NCBI RefSeq assembly: GCF_009914755.1
Contig: NC_060929.1
DNA: 64,000 nt
Source: the human T2T-CHM13v2.0 reference genome, Homo sapiens
Reading direction: 5' to 3' (one strand)
Below the pieces are notes generated by a model. That model saw only the letters and a list, made by a program, of their open reading frames with translations. It was not told the origin of the DNA and did not search any database. How positions within the stretch are numbered: position 1 is the stretch's first letter; every line of letters starts with the position of its first letter. The position numbers and the translations under genes are program-made. Positions 1-13,205 of this stretch are shown here, piece after piece.

Positions 1-469
1 TCTCACAGGAGCCTACAGATTTGCAAAAAAAACAAAACATGATTTTTTTGGAGGGTTGTCCAGTGTTTCCTGAAAATGCTTTTGTGCTTTGATAGAGAGA
101 GGTACTGAAAGCTTGTCAGATGGGACACCCAAACGCCTTCTCTTGGAAGGGGAAACAGATTCTAATTTTTTAAGTGATTTTGCTTTTTAGTGACTGCTGT
201 CATTTCCTTGTGGCCAAACAAGGCAATAGCAAGTTTTTCAGTTGAGGAAATCCACACCCTACACATTTTAATTAAATAATGTAAAAAAAATGAATGGAGT
301 GATTGTTTGCTATTCATGAGTAAGCATGCTATCCTCATGCTGAAATCGTGTGAAGTCATTTGAAGTAGGTAAAGAATAGGTTTTTTTCTTGCTATCATCA
401 CTTCCTTTAGCATGTAGGTGCCTCATGTGTCATTCATACACTTTGTTTCATAGTCTGGCCATAAGAACC

Positions 470-600
470 TTCAGAGTGGGCCAGTCACACACTACCATTC
501 CCATTGTACAGATAACAAAACTGAGAATGAGAAAGGTTGTTGCCCAGGATTACACAAGTAGAGTCGCATTTCTTGCCTATGCCTGTTGACTCAAGTCCAC
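470..600 (-). mobile_element. MIR SINE fragment
   Basis: cccattgtacagataacaaaactgaga resembles the reverse MIR core cccattttacagatgaggaaactgagg. Confidence 0.65.
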
Positions 601-778
601 AATATCAATTGTACTTGGATATCCAATCAAAAGTATACAACTTGTTTAAATGTGGCCTGTGTGGGCCACGCATGGCTGCTTCATAACTCTGTTTCCAAGC
701 CATTCTTCTCTTCTCCTTAAGTTCCTTTACCAGTCAGTATGAATTTGATTTCTGCCTTTTTTCTTTGCCTGATGATGC

Positions 779-801
779 AAAAAAAAAAAAAAAAAAAAAA
801 A
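779..801. repeat. Poly(A) tract, A23
   Basis: 23 consecutive A with no recognisable SINE or LINE body upstream. Confidence 0.9.
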
Positions 802-1026
802 CTTTACCTAGAAGGTTTTTTAGAAATTAGAGAAAGAAAAGAAGAGTACTGGGTTTGGAACTTCCAACAGACTGCCCTTTATAAGGTCAAGTGAAGACTA
901 AATCATGGTTTGAGGGAGTGAACTTCCGGTAGGGCACACGAAGGGGATTGTTGCGTTAGAATTTGAGGATCCTTGCTATACTTTATTCTATCTTTTGTAG
1001 GCCCATGAGAAGCCACTTTGGCTCTT

Positions 1027-1889
1027 TGATGAGATAGGAAAAAAACAAACTGTTTTTCCTACTCTCACATGTTCAACACGGAATACTTAACTTCTGGTCA
1101 CCAAAATGTGTGGAGATTTCTCCCTACCAGCAACCAATCAATTCTCCAGCAGACCCCAGCTGGGAGTTCTATAATTCAATTCCAATGCTATCTACATGGA
1201 GATAGTGTTAGATCCCACAGGTTAAGGGCTCAGTCCCACAAGACTGTCCCCACTTCAGATGCCAATCACAAGCCCCAGGTTGTGACGTACACTTTTGATC
1301 GGCTATAAATCAGGATTTCTACAAGCCCCTCTCTTAAATTCAATTAATTTGCTAGAGTGACTCACAGAACTCATGGAAACACTTTAATTACATTTACCCA
1401 TTTATTGTAAAGGGTATTACAAAGGATACAGACAAACAGCCAGGCAGAAGAGAAGCATAGGACAAGGTATTGGCAAGGTATAGGAGGAAAGGGGTGTGGA
1501 GCTTTCATGCCTTCCCCAGAAGCACCACCCTCCAGGAACCCCCGTGTGTACATCTATCTAGAAACTCCTTGAACCTAGTCCTTCTGAGTTTTGTTGGAGG
1601 CTTCATTATGTAGGCGTGATTGATTACATCATTGGCCATTGTTGACCGACTCAACCTTCAGCCCTTCTCCTCTCTCCAGGGGTTGGGGGTGAGGCTAAAA
1701 GTCTCAACCCTCTAATCATGATCTTTCTGGTGAACAGTCCCCATCCTGAAACAATCTAGGGGCCCCCTATTCATCTCATTAGCAAACAAAAGACCCTCAT
1801 CACTCCAGAGATTCTAAAGGTTTTAGGAGCTGTGTGCCAGGAACCAAGAACAGAAAGCAAATATATATTACTTCTTATATCATATCACA
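1027..1889 (-). mobile_element. MER21-family ERV LTR (solo LTR)
   Basis: gatcccacaggttaagggctcagtcccacaagactg...cagatgccaatcacaagcccc and terminal ttttaggagctgtgtgccaggaacc...atatcaca match the MER21 consensus in reverse. Confidence 0.8.
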
Positions 1890-2884
1890 GGCTTCTTTTG
1901 AATTCACTCTTCCAAGTACTATAATAAGCTAGAGTGATAAGCTTGAGATGGGCTAGGTTGAATAAAAAACTTGTTAAATGTTTGATTCCTTTCTTGTTTT
2001 ATTCCAGAAGTCTTAGATAAATGTTTCTGGATGATCAGGCTGGTTCATTTCCATGGGATATTTTAGTTAACATCAATTTTCTTTTCAGGGGAAAATATAT
2101 GATCTGTGATTGGCTCTTCATTACATTCTTCTCAGATTCATAAGCCAGGAAGCCTCAATGTATTAAGCCCTCTGATTCAAAAGGAGACAGTCCCTTATAA
2201 GTGCATTCATTCATCAAATTTTATTACATACTTTCTCTGTGTCCAGCACTAGACTAAGCCCTGGGAAAACCAAAGGAAATCTGTATCTCCTGCTGTTTTA
2301 ATGTAGATTATCTTACAGGTAGAAATGGTCATCTACTTTGGGCATGCCCACTATAGTAGCTGTAGGCCTTCCCAAAATATTCACCTTCATAATAACCTTC
2401 TGACTATTCCCCAGGGGTTCACTTTTCGGATTCTACTTTTTCCCATTCTTATTCTCAATAAACTACCACTTATAGTGTACCCTTTTCAGATCAGACTAGC
2501 ATTTGACATTATCAATATCTCTACTTTTTTTTCTTTAATACCAGGTTTCCTTTCATGCTGCAATATATAAAACAGATCAAAGAGGAGCAACCATGGGTGA
2601 AACAGAGGTGTGAGGTGCCCAGTGCCCACAGGCTCTGGTCCCCTGGGAACCTCCCTAGAATATACAGTCCTGCTAGAAGGTGGGGAAAACCTTGGTCTAG
2701 GTTGCATCCAGGAGGTGCCACAGAAGGAGGCTGCATCCCTCCGTGGACCCCAACCCTCTCTGCTTGGACACACCTACTTGAGCAAGGTGGGGTTGAGATG
2801 TTCATGCCAGCAGGAAGGGAGAGTTTTTCAAGAAAGTTCAGATAGGGAAGTAGTTAGAGGATATTTAACAGGTGGATTAAATGA

Positions 2885-3224
2885 TGGCTTAGTCTGTTTT
2901 GGCTGCTATAACACAATGCCATAAACTAAGTAGTTTATAAACAACAGATGTTTGTTTTTCACATTTCTGGAGGTTGGAAAGTCCAAAATCAGGTTGGAGT
3001 TGGTATCTGGTGAGGGTCTGCTTTCTGGTTCATAGATGGCGCCTCCTCATTGTGTCTTACATGGTGAAAGGGGCAAAGCAGTTCTCTGGGGCCTCTTCTA
3101 TAACGGCACTAATTCCATTCATGAGGGCTTCTCCCTCATGACCTAATCCCACCTCCCGAAACCATCACATTTGGGACTAGGTTTTAACATATGAATTTTG
3201 GCGAGACACATTCAGACCATAGCA
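2885..3224 (-). mobile_element. ERVL-MaLR solo LTR (MLT1A/MST-like)
   Basis: Begins tggcttagtctg and ends ttcagaccatagca; perfect 5-bp TSD aatga at 2880-2884 and 3225-3229. Confidence 0.85.
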
Positions 3225-4399
3225 AATGATAACAAGTCACATTTTATATCATGTTCCAAATACTCTGAAGTGATTTCATATATATTTGACTCCTTTGATC
3301 CGTATTTCCACCCTACAAGTCTGTCTCGCTGTTCATTTTAGTTTACATAAAAAATGAATTCACAAAGTCATGTGCAAGGTAAGAATTTAGCGAGTTACTA
3401 TTTGAGCCAGGATTCGAATCGGAGTTCCAGTGTCTGACTCTGTTCTCGTCTTTTGCCCACCACAACCCCCAGCTCACAACAGCACAATGTGTCCTAAATA
3501 GAGCTGATCCTTGCCATCCATTGCTTTCTGCTCCCACCCCTTCATTACTAACCTTATAGAAGCACATATCTACCTGTAGCGAGGACAGTTTCCATCAAGA
3601 CACGCATTTCCATGGAAACGAACTCACCCAACCCCCAAAGATAAGTTAATGTGGCATTTATTTAATTTTCGTAAGTTACATTGCCTTATTTTCTTTACAT
3701 CTAGGCATACTGCATGATTTTTTTAAAAAAAAGGCTCAGGAATGTGACCCTGTGTTAATTTCCATGGCTACATACCCAATCATCCAACAGTGGCTTGGTG
3801 GCATATGATATATTCAATATATTTGAAACACTGCTGCATTTAAAAATAACTTTAAAAGGTTGTAAATGTCAAATTGAGATTTGAAATACGTCAGATAGCT
3901 GTCATTTTTACACCCTTCATTAATTTCAATTGGACTCAGTGAATTGGATTTGACAAACTGTTATCATACATTGACTACAAGCATGCTACATTTATGTAGC
4001 AAGGACCTGACGTACGGGATGTTTTGAGGGAAACTTTAATATATGACTTCTCTTTGACCTCCTAGATGACATGAGACCGTCAAATGACAAATGTGGCAGC
4101 ATTCAACTCTAAGATTTTCCAAATGGTGGCATTTGGAAAATCTTCAAGAGGCTTATTCAGAAATGGATGTGTCCACTGGAGAGTTTCCAGTAACAAAAAT
4201 AGACATATTTGCTTTAGGTACAAAACTGCACAATTTGGATTCCAGCTAAGGAAACAGGGTTGTGAATAAAAATTTCCTGTTGGCAGATCTCAGCAGGTAA
4301 AGACACGCATGGAAGAGTCAGATCTGACTATAAAAATGCTATCATTATTCAAATTAATAGCAACTACCAACTATCAAGTGCTATATGAAGAGCATGATC

Positions 4400-4600
4400 C
4401 ATAGAACATAATGCTTAAAAACCCATGTTCTGGTGTCAGATCGTGTGGGTTCAGACACTGGCTCCACCACTTACTCTGTAACACTGGGCAAGTCACTTAA
4501 CATCTAGATGTCTTAATTTTCTAATGTGTAAAATCACGATAATAAAATTACTTACCTCATGGGGTTACTATGAGGATAATCTGCATTCAATAAATCTGTT
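4400..4600 (+). mobile_element. MIR SINE
   Basis: gggttcagacactggctccaccacttact...ctgggcaagtcacttaac...gtaaaat...acctcatggggtt. Confidence 0.75.
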
Positions 4601-4609
4601 ATCATCACA

Positions 4610-4780
4610 AACCAGGGCTGTACTAGGTGCTCTGTACATACTCATTTAATTCTCCAACTATGCTGTGAGATGTATATTACCAGTATCTTGCTCGTTTACC
4701 AGTGAAGAAATGAAGACTCCAAAGGTTATTGTGTCCAGAATTAACCACCTGGTAAGAGGTAGAGGCTGGGATCCAGGTAA
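4610..4780 (-). mobile_element. MIR SINE, opposite orientation to its neighbour
   Basis: ctcatttaattctccaac...tgaagaaatgaagactccaaagg...ggtagaggctgggatcc. Confidence 0.6.
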
Positions 4781-7700
4781 CTGAGGACATCTTGTAGGTC
4801 AGTTTGTTCATCTGTAAAGGTTGGTAATTGAACGTAAAGGTCCCCTGATATCAACCATTACTAGATGCAATGACACTAGGAACCAGCCCAGTGTCACCCA
4901 CTGAGAAAGATGAGCTACATAAATCCAAGCCCCAGGTCACAGAAAGCCAAGTTTATGCTCGACCAGGACAGGACAGTTGGTTTTTAAAACATATACATCC
5001 TCCTGTTTGCTCCCTTTTCAAGAAAATAAGTCAGGCTTTATGTGTGTGTATGAGTGTTAGTGTCATATTTTAACACAGCTATAAAGAAAATACCAATAGG
5101 TAAATAACCTGCTAAGTATGTTTTTAAAATGCAACGGTGGAAGAAATTTTATGTAGAAATGACTAATTTTAAAATCTTATATTTCTCTAAGTTAAAAAAA
5201 TTATTCATGTTTATTGCTTGTTTTCTTTTTCTTGGCTTTAGTATATAGAAAGGTATTTGAAAATCAACCAGATTTTTATAATAAATCAGAATTTTAAATT
5301 TTAGGAATCTTTAGAAATCATAGCATCCAGAGTGTTCTTGCATTCCTAGCTTGTCCAAATTTACTTGCTTTTGTCTGGATGAATAAATTACATAACTGGA
5401 CCTAGCTGGAGGGTACACGCCGCTACTCAACTGATTATACCTGAGGGTATGCCAATCTTCTGATTTAAAACATAGTACCTGACTTTTATGAGAAATTTCC
5501 TATCTTTTGAATGTCTTTAATTCAAAAAATGTATGAACACGGTAACGGAATAAACAATATCTGTCTGCAAGCCATTTTTGGCCCCTAGTGGATTATTTTG
5601 TCACCCTAAGTCTCATCCCTTTCCCTACGTTTTGCATAGGATCCTCTCCTTCACCCAGCGAGAAGGCCAAGGTCAACTTTTGGCTCCTTTGGGGTCATTC
5701 AGTGAGGTGGTAGTAATATACGAAGACAGCCCCAGGCCCCAGGCTTCTGTGCCTTGGTTAGTTTCACTACATTATTCTGCTACTTTCACTTCTTATAAGA
5801 CAAGTGTAAAGTAGTGTGGTCTGTTAACTAGAGCAAGAGAGGAAATTTTTTTTCTTTGCTTTTATATTTGGGAAGTAGAAAACGCTTTTAGGGTACCTTC
5901 ATAGGCTAAGGACTGTGTGAAATAAAAGGAAGGCTTTCCAGCCTGTGTTTTTCTGGTTGCATGAGGAAGAGAGAAGCACATCAAAATGAGCAAGAATGTG
6001 TGGCCTACCCCAAGGGATGGGTAAATAAACAAGGAGAAATGGGGATTGCTGGGAGAATCAAGGCAAGTCACTTCCAGCTTCATGCGATCTCTGTCCCCTG
6101 GCAGTTAGTTTCTTAAATCACATCAATCCCGCATCCCCTTTTCCTCCCATTCTTCCACAAGGCAAGCAGGAAACCCTCCTAGAGTGTGAGAGAGGGTGAT
6201 CTCCCCTATCTGTGCACTTCATCGTCACTGACGGCTCTGACTGGAAGCAAATGCTGCCTTTACTTTATCTCACTGTGGGGGTTTGGCATTCTTCATATAA
6301 GTTATGTTTATGTAAACGAGGACTCTAAGGGTGAAATTATAATTTATGAGAACTGCATGGAGCTCCTGACAATATTCATAAACATTCCAAACAACTTTAT
6401 CTCGATTCAGAACAAAACATACATTTTTGTCACCTAATAAGGATTTTTATTATAACAATATTTCTATTCTGGACTGTCCTGTTACCGTGAATAATATGGG
6501 GTGGGGTGAATTTTTTTTCTATATGTTTAGAAATATTTGTTCATGATGATTCTTCCTTAAGAAGTGGTGGGCAGTAAATATTACCCTTATTAAGTCTTGC
6601 TGATGGGGAAATTGACTGTTGATGTCTTTTAGAATGCAGGTGTTATTTCTGTTGTTGGTTGGTTGTTTTTATTTCATTTTGTGTTTAACAAAGTAATTAG
6701 CAAGTCGTAGATCCTTGAACCTGAGATTGACACTCCTTGACTCATTTGCCCTTTGTTAGTTGTTATTTATTGTATTTTTTACCTCTGCAAAAATACACAG
6801 TAAGTGAGATATCTTTAGTTGTGTTGTAATTTCAGAATATGATAAATGCTCTAGCTGGCATTGCACAGATTTCAGGTGGGGCATTCAGAGGGGGACTTAG
6901 ACCTCTGACATGGCAGACAGATTTTTTTTGAACCTTTAGTACCATCATTCAATAAACAGTCAGAATATCTTAGTTATAATTAAGAGAGACAACCAACAGC
7001 CCATTTTGCTCCAGAGTCACTCATCACTTAAGAAAAAAAAGAAAGGCAAGCAATCACCAATTAGTTTGAATGTTAATATTCCTTTTGCTGGTGGTGGAAA
7101 TAGAGACCAAAACCAGCTCCTCTTTACCTCTGTTAATCCATTTCTACTTTTGATAGAAAAAAAATCCACCTTTTTTCCTCCTAAGAAATATTTGAACAAA
7201 AGGCCATTAGATAGAATTTTAGCTTCCAGATTTAAATGCTCATTCAAGAATAACCATGTAATCAGCTGAGCTTGCGAAGAATACACAATCATAAAATCAT
7301 TTAATTAAATTCCATCAATGCTGTTTGTTTTGGTGCCCATTTGGGTATTAATAACACCGTTGCTGTTTTTAATGCCAGAGGTTTACCACTTAATTATTAT
7401 CTTTGCTTATTGGAGATGTTAGCATCAATTTGTAGGGTTCCATAATCACACCCTAGTTGTTGCTTCACCAGATATGATGCACTTTCCAGAACTAGAAGTC
7501 CTATAGCCTGTGCTTGATCTAAAGATGAAGTGGTGGAAATCAAATGAAAACATTTGTTAAACTGTAAAAATGTAACAGGAAATAAGAGCAGTTATTCAGA
7601 CTGTGAGTAAATTTGATGGGGTGTGAACTGATCACTTTATTGCACTTTGTTTATAGCATTCTTGCCATTTGTAGAGATGGCAGTCCAATCCTCTTCATTG

Positions 7701-8509
7701 TCTTAATTAGATTAGGAATGGATTAAAGGAGCCAAATCTATTATTAAAAAGGCAATTCTGCTGTGTTCCTGAAAACCCTCTTTTGGTTTTTAATTTCTTA
7801 AATTCCACTGATGCAAAATAGCAAATGCCTTACTTGTAATTATGAGCATGTATGCATTCATTTAAAAGGCTGTAAGGGTATTAGGGAAATCAAATCTTCA
7901 ATATTCTTCAGAATTATTTCTGAAGAAATAAGGGAAGGGAGGAAGAGAGAGAAGGAGAGAGGGAGGGGATGGTGGGCTGCATTGCTTTTGGCTGTGATGA
8001 ATGTGAGGAAACAAACAGTGTAATTGTGTAATTGTTTTCTTCTTCTTTTGATTTACTCAAACATAAAAAGGGCAATGCATGTTTATATGAGGCAATAATT
8101 TTTCCAGTTACATTTGTTTTTTTTAATTCACTTCCACAGCTAAAGTATTTGAAAATGTAGGTGTCTCTTACATCTGACTTAGATTGAGCATTTGTTCTGT
8201 AGGGAGGCCTTCCATGATGATTATCTGGTTTTGCATTTTGCATGTCTACCTCTCTCCCTTGTGCCTATACACATGCAACTTTCAGTTTAAAGCTTTGTGA
8301 TATAATCTGCTGTAAACATTACACAAGTATTGCTCAGAACTCCAGTTGGAGCAGAGCTTCTGTGTTGGAAACTATGGTGCTTTATTTTTTCCAGTGGGTG
8401 CCCTAGTTTTAAGAGTTGCTTTTTCCCTTCTTTAAATTGTGTCATCTTGAGATGTAACTTTTTAATGTATTTTCTCTGCATTTTAAAATGACTGTATAGT
8501 CATTCATAG

Positions 8510-8748
8510 TGCTACACATCTGAACACACACATGCATACACAAATGTGTGCATGTAAAAACTGGTGAAATTCCAGTAAAGTCTGTGGTTTAGTTAATAGT
8601 GTTACACCAGTGACAATGTTCTGGGTTTGATAACGTACTATAGTTACGTAAAATGATCTTGGAGAAAACTGAAGGAAGGCTACATGAGAACTCTCTGTTT
8701 TTGCAACCTCTTGTGTATCTTAAATTACTTCAAAACAAAAAGTCAAAA
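8510..8748 (+). mobile_element. Old L1 3' UTR fragment (L1MC-like)
   Basis: aaaactggtgaaattc...gaactctctgtttttgcaacctcttgtgtatc...caaaacaaaaagt is typical of L1MC 3' ends. Confidence 0.65.
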
Positions 8749-9419
8749 AATTCAATGTATTGTTTTAGTCCATTAACTACTAAACTGCTACCAGAAAATA
8801 TTGATCTCTATTTGATCTACATTAAATTAATTCTGTTTTAGTAACTGACATTCAGATGTCACCAGCCTTTTGCAGACTCATATTCTGTCGTTCTACCTCT
8901 GTGTATTTTGCAAGCATTTCCTACCCACTCAACTCTAATATCCCTTAGTAGAGGCTTCGTGTTTGAACAGTCTTTGTAGCCAGCGAGCCTAATGCTATGC
9001 TTTAAACATTGTCTTCACGGGCATTTAACTGGTGAATATTCAAATGGAAAGAAAAGTCATGGACGAATGGTTAAGTAAAAAAAGAATCACTGTGCTAGCA
9101 CAATGCTTGCTACACAGTAAACTCTCTGCCTATATTCAGAATGAAGGAATAAGTTAATTAATTAATTTTGCTCACATATGAATTTTGTACCTTAGCAAGA
9201 TGGGACCCAGTGATGGCTGAGCCATCTGTTCTTTTAAGTACTTTGTGATGGACTTGGATTCTGAAATTGCTCATTAATTGTCATTGCTTCAGTATGGTGC
9301 CGTGCTTGGGATTGGAGGTCTTGAAGTGATACCTAATTTCGGAGGACTGTGACAAAATTTATCACTAATTACCTGCCCCTCAAATGGGAATCAAAGCCAT
9401 CAGCAACATACGATGGTGA

Positions 9420-9615
9420 TAATAATGGTTATCATTTATCGAGTGATTAGTATTCTAAGCACTTTGCAGGTATTCCCTCGCTTTAATTTTACTCCATTGC
9501 TAGCTTAGAGTTGAGCAGAACCACTTGTCCAGGGTCACTCATAGTTGGCTTGTGGGTGGGTGGCAGAGCTGAAGCTGAACCCAGGAAGCCTGACTCCAGA
9601 GGATATGCTCTTACC
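9420..9615 (-). mobile_element. MIR SINE
   Basis: catttatcgagtg...ctaagcactttgc...acttgtccagggtcac...tggcagagctgaagctgaacccagg...tgactccaga. Confidence 0.65.
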
Positions 9616-10739
9616 ACCCCCTGTAAGCTCTCCCCTCCCCTTCAGGCTTGTGCCCTTATTCTGTTAAATGGTGAGTAGTTATCAACACCGGAGATGCATT
9701 AGAATCAAATCCTCTGGGGGCTTCTTCCTGGACCTGCTTCCATATACACTTATTCATTTTGTCTTCACCGGACATGTTAAACTTCCAGAGTGACTCTAAT
9801 GTGCAGACATGGTGAACATCATTCGCTTAGCTGCATGTCAGCGCTCACTCAATGTCTGTGAACAGTGAAAGCTACTTATTCTACTTATAAGTTCATTAAG
9901 TCTGTGTATAACTATTGCAAAGCAGAATAGTTGTCCCAGCCACCTGTGTTTGGGGAGATGAAGCTGGGAGGCCATCAACCTTCTTTGCAATAAATTTCCT
10001 CACGTTTTGTCAAGCAACCTGTTTTTTGTATTCTCAGCTAGAGGCTTTCCATCTCTATCCCCCACCATCTGTCACCGATGTTCATTTGAGTACCATTTTA
10101 CCTGTATAAATGTGTCTTATTTTCTCCACTCCCTCTCCCCGCAAAAAGAGTTTCTATACTAGGAGTCCTAAAAATTTACCTAGTTAGGGAGTTTAGGCAG
10201 TTCAGGTAAATGAGTGAAGAAGACAGGTCTTTGAGTAGTGAGTACCCCCTTTTAGAAAGACAATTGGGGTGGTTGTCACTGAGGCAAACTGGGGAGTGTA
10301 TATTTCATTTCTAGGAGCACTCACTACTCAAAGCCCATGACATAGCCACGTGGAAACACTGCCCAGTGTTCTAGATCTTCCAGTTTTTCTGGAGACTACA
10401 GAAATATAATTTTCCATTTCTTTTGCTTGGTTTTTGTTTTGGTTTTCTATTGTGAACTGGCTTGCAAGATAGTTCCATTTGTTTTCTCATCACTGTATAG
10501 GTCAATATTGTGTCATCAGTAACAATGTGAAAAGACATGTATAACTGAAAGGAAGTAGCAGCTTTATTCTGCTACCTTTTCACATTTTTAAATAAAGAGT
10601 TGATCTTTCTTTACTAACTACCAAGTGCACCAGGTTCCAGTCTTTGTCAGAGATTGGCATTCTGACTCTAAACAAGGCATAAAATTTGGTGGATGCTGTT
10701 TCCTCATCTGTGAAATTGAACCTAGAGGAGGGCATTATG

Positions 10740-10960
10740 GAATTACAGGGCACATTAAAGTCATGGTCTCTGGAGTAAGACTGGTGTGGATGGGATCCTC
10801 TTGCTACTACTTACCAGCTCTGTTCTTTTAAGAAAGTTATTTAGCATCCCCTACATTCCCTCATCTGTAAAATGGGGACCTGAGACATTGACTCTCACAG
10901 TTGTCTTGAGGATTAAAATAAATTGTGCATTAAAGTGCTTAGACCTAGTAAAAGCACTGG
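10740..10960 (+). mobile_element. MIR SINE
   Basis: cctcatctgtaaaatgggg...ctcacagttgtcttgaggattaaa...taaagtgcttaga. Confidence 0.75.
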
Positions 10961-11833
10961 CCCTCCTGCTAATAAAAGATATACTTAATGCATGCAATGT
11001 TTTTAATAGACTGCAGTCAGGCAAACCATTGCCTATGACTTTGTCCTGTGGCTCTTGTTAGCCTTAAGCATTGGGTAAACTTGCTCACTCTGACTTTGCT
11101 ACTTCTTTCATTGGCATTTCAAGACCTCTCTCTGTTCCTCCCCCTTTTAAAAAAATTAATAGGACTGACAGCTTCATGGTAGGTGGACAAAAATTCAAGT
11201 TGCATAACTCGTTTCTACCACCACTAATGTGGTCCATACTGATCTGGAGGTTATGCTGTAGAACCAGAGAAAATCTCTTTGGGATGATTAGAAGCAAAGT
11301 GTGATTAATAATGAATATATGTATGTATTTTAAGAGTAGGGTTGTGTTAAATGTGAAGAGTCAATAAATGCCTGTTAACCTTCTGAGAGGTCAATAGTCG
11401 GCCGTGTGGTTAGTTATGCAGGGCAGCCTGAGCATCTGCAGTCTAATTCAGACCTGCCCTTAGATCTGACAATGGTACATGCAATTAGGAAAATGTCTCC
11501 CTAATAATGGTAATCGGTGTAAACCAAGAGGACAGGGCACAGCTGCGGGGAGCACTTGGAGGGGGAAATCAGAACAATTGATACATTCCCAAGAAGCAAG
11601 CCTCAAGCTATCCCTTTTCAGTAGAAGTCTGCAGTACCTTTCAATTTGCTCTTGATCATAATTTACTGAAAAGCATTTTAAAAATAAGTGCATGACTCTT
11701 AAAGACTGTTCTTGGCTCCTTTTTATTTTTAACTTGTGAATAGGTTGGGATTATATGTCTTCCTTTTTAATAAGGCTATTGTGGATTTAAATATCTAACT
11801 TAAACCCTGTTGGCTAAAACTTTGCTTTTTGGC

Positions 11834-11856
11834 TTTTTTTTTTTTTTTTTTTTTTT
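11834..11856. repeat. Poly(T) tract, T23
   Basis: Run of T with no adjacent Alu body. Confidence 0.9.
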
Positions 11857-12364
11857 CAAGAACTGAGCTCAAAATGTGCTATACAAAAGCTGTCTTTTGA
11901 GAACATATATCAATTCAGCTTTGCCTCACTTGAAATGTTGATATTTGTAAATGACAGAGCTCCCACTCTAGACTTACAATCCTCTCCTCTTTCAATGCTC
12001 CAGAGAAGCAATCTTGGGAGGAGAAATGTTTTGACTCATCTTTGATTTTGAAAGAGGTTTAGAGCTCTGGTCTCCTTTCATGTCTCAGGTTATTTTTTGG
12101 TCTTCCCCATCCCCGATTTTCCCAAACCCCTAAATAACAAACCCAGTTCCTTGGTTTCTCTCCTTTAAAAAGATAATGTTTCAATTTACAACCAGCTCTG
12201 AATAATTAATGATGGTAATGATGTGAGAATATTTTGCATTTATGGCTGCTTTAGATTTTCAAGTCCCTTTTACATCCATTTTCTTGCAGATCCCAATATC
12301 AACACTAAGAAGTAAGGAGAGAGACAGGATGGAAAATACTTTGAACATTTATTTATCCTTTGAT

Positions 12365-12810
12365 TTACTTATCCATTCAGCAAGTATTTAATAAGTGATG
12401 ATGTGGGCCAGATATTATACTCGGAGCAAAGTCTACAACATGAAAAAGAAAGACAAGGTCTCCATGCATTTTGTTGGAAGGACCAGGCATTAATTACCTA
12501 AATGAATGAATAAGAACATTTCAGATAATGATAACTTGCTGTGAAGAACATAAAACAAGATAATGTCTTTGCAGAGAATCTACTGTTGTTACTTCAGATA
12601 GAGTTGTCAGAGAAAGCTGTACAGGGGTAGGGACATTTGAGCTGAAATCTAAATGACCTTACAGAGGCCATAGTGTGGTCTGGGGAGAGCCTGTCAAATT
12701 CAAAGACGCTAAGATGAGAAGACCGTGGAGAGGGAAGAGTAGCAGGATCCAGGGAAAGGTAGGGAGGGGCCAGGTCATTTAGGACCTTCTATGCTGTGGT
12801 AAAGATAATT
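12365..12810 (-). mobile_element. L2 LINE 3' fragment
   Basis: ccattcagcaagtatttaat...agacaaggtctcc...gacatttgagctgaaatctaaatga...ggccaggtcatttaggacctt. Confidence 0.7.
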
Positions 12811-13034
12811 CAGAACCATTACTTCACTGCCTGCACTATTTCTAAGGGGATAAGAACTTCCCCCTGATTGGGTGTAGGAATGGAGAAAGGCCATATAGAC
12901 ACAAGTAGACTCATGCAACTACCACTGCACTGTGAGCTCAGGAAGACACTACCTCATTCATTATCACATCCCTGAACCCCTAGGATACCTAACATAGGTA
13001 AGCAATTAACAAGTATATTGGATAAACTGAGCTG

Positions 13035-13205
13035 GGTTGTGTCAAAGTGTGGCCATGGCCCACCTGCATCACAGTCATTTAGGGACAATTATTTAAAATG
13101 GAGATTCCAAGGCTTCACTTGCAGGCTTATGAATTTGGAATTTCTGAGAGTAGAGTTGTTAACATGCATTTTCAACAAATTCTAAGACACAGGAAATTTG
13201 AGACT
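13035..13205. mobile_element. MER5-like hAT-Charlie MITE
   Basis: tcaaagtgtggccatggcccacctgcatcac...aaaatggagattccaagg...tgcattttcaacaa...aaatttgaga. Confidence 0.6.

Noticed and set aside
4316-4329. Perfect 14-bp palindrome agtcagatctgact
   Set aside because: About 64000/4^7, roughly 4, are expected by chance in this window
5578-5592. CTCF-like motif (ccactaggggcca on the minus strand)
   Set aside because: Mismatch at a core G and lies in a probable hAT remnant; unsupported without ChIP data
6543-6603. C/D-box snoRNA-like motifs (atgatga...ctga)
   Set aside because: No convincing terminal stem or rRNA/snRNA guide; both boxes are frequent by chance
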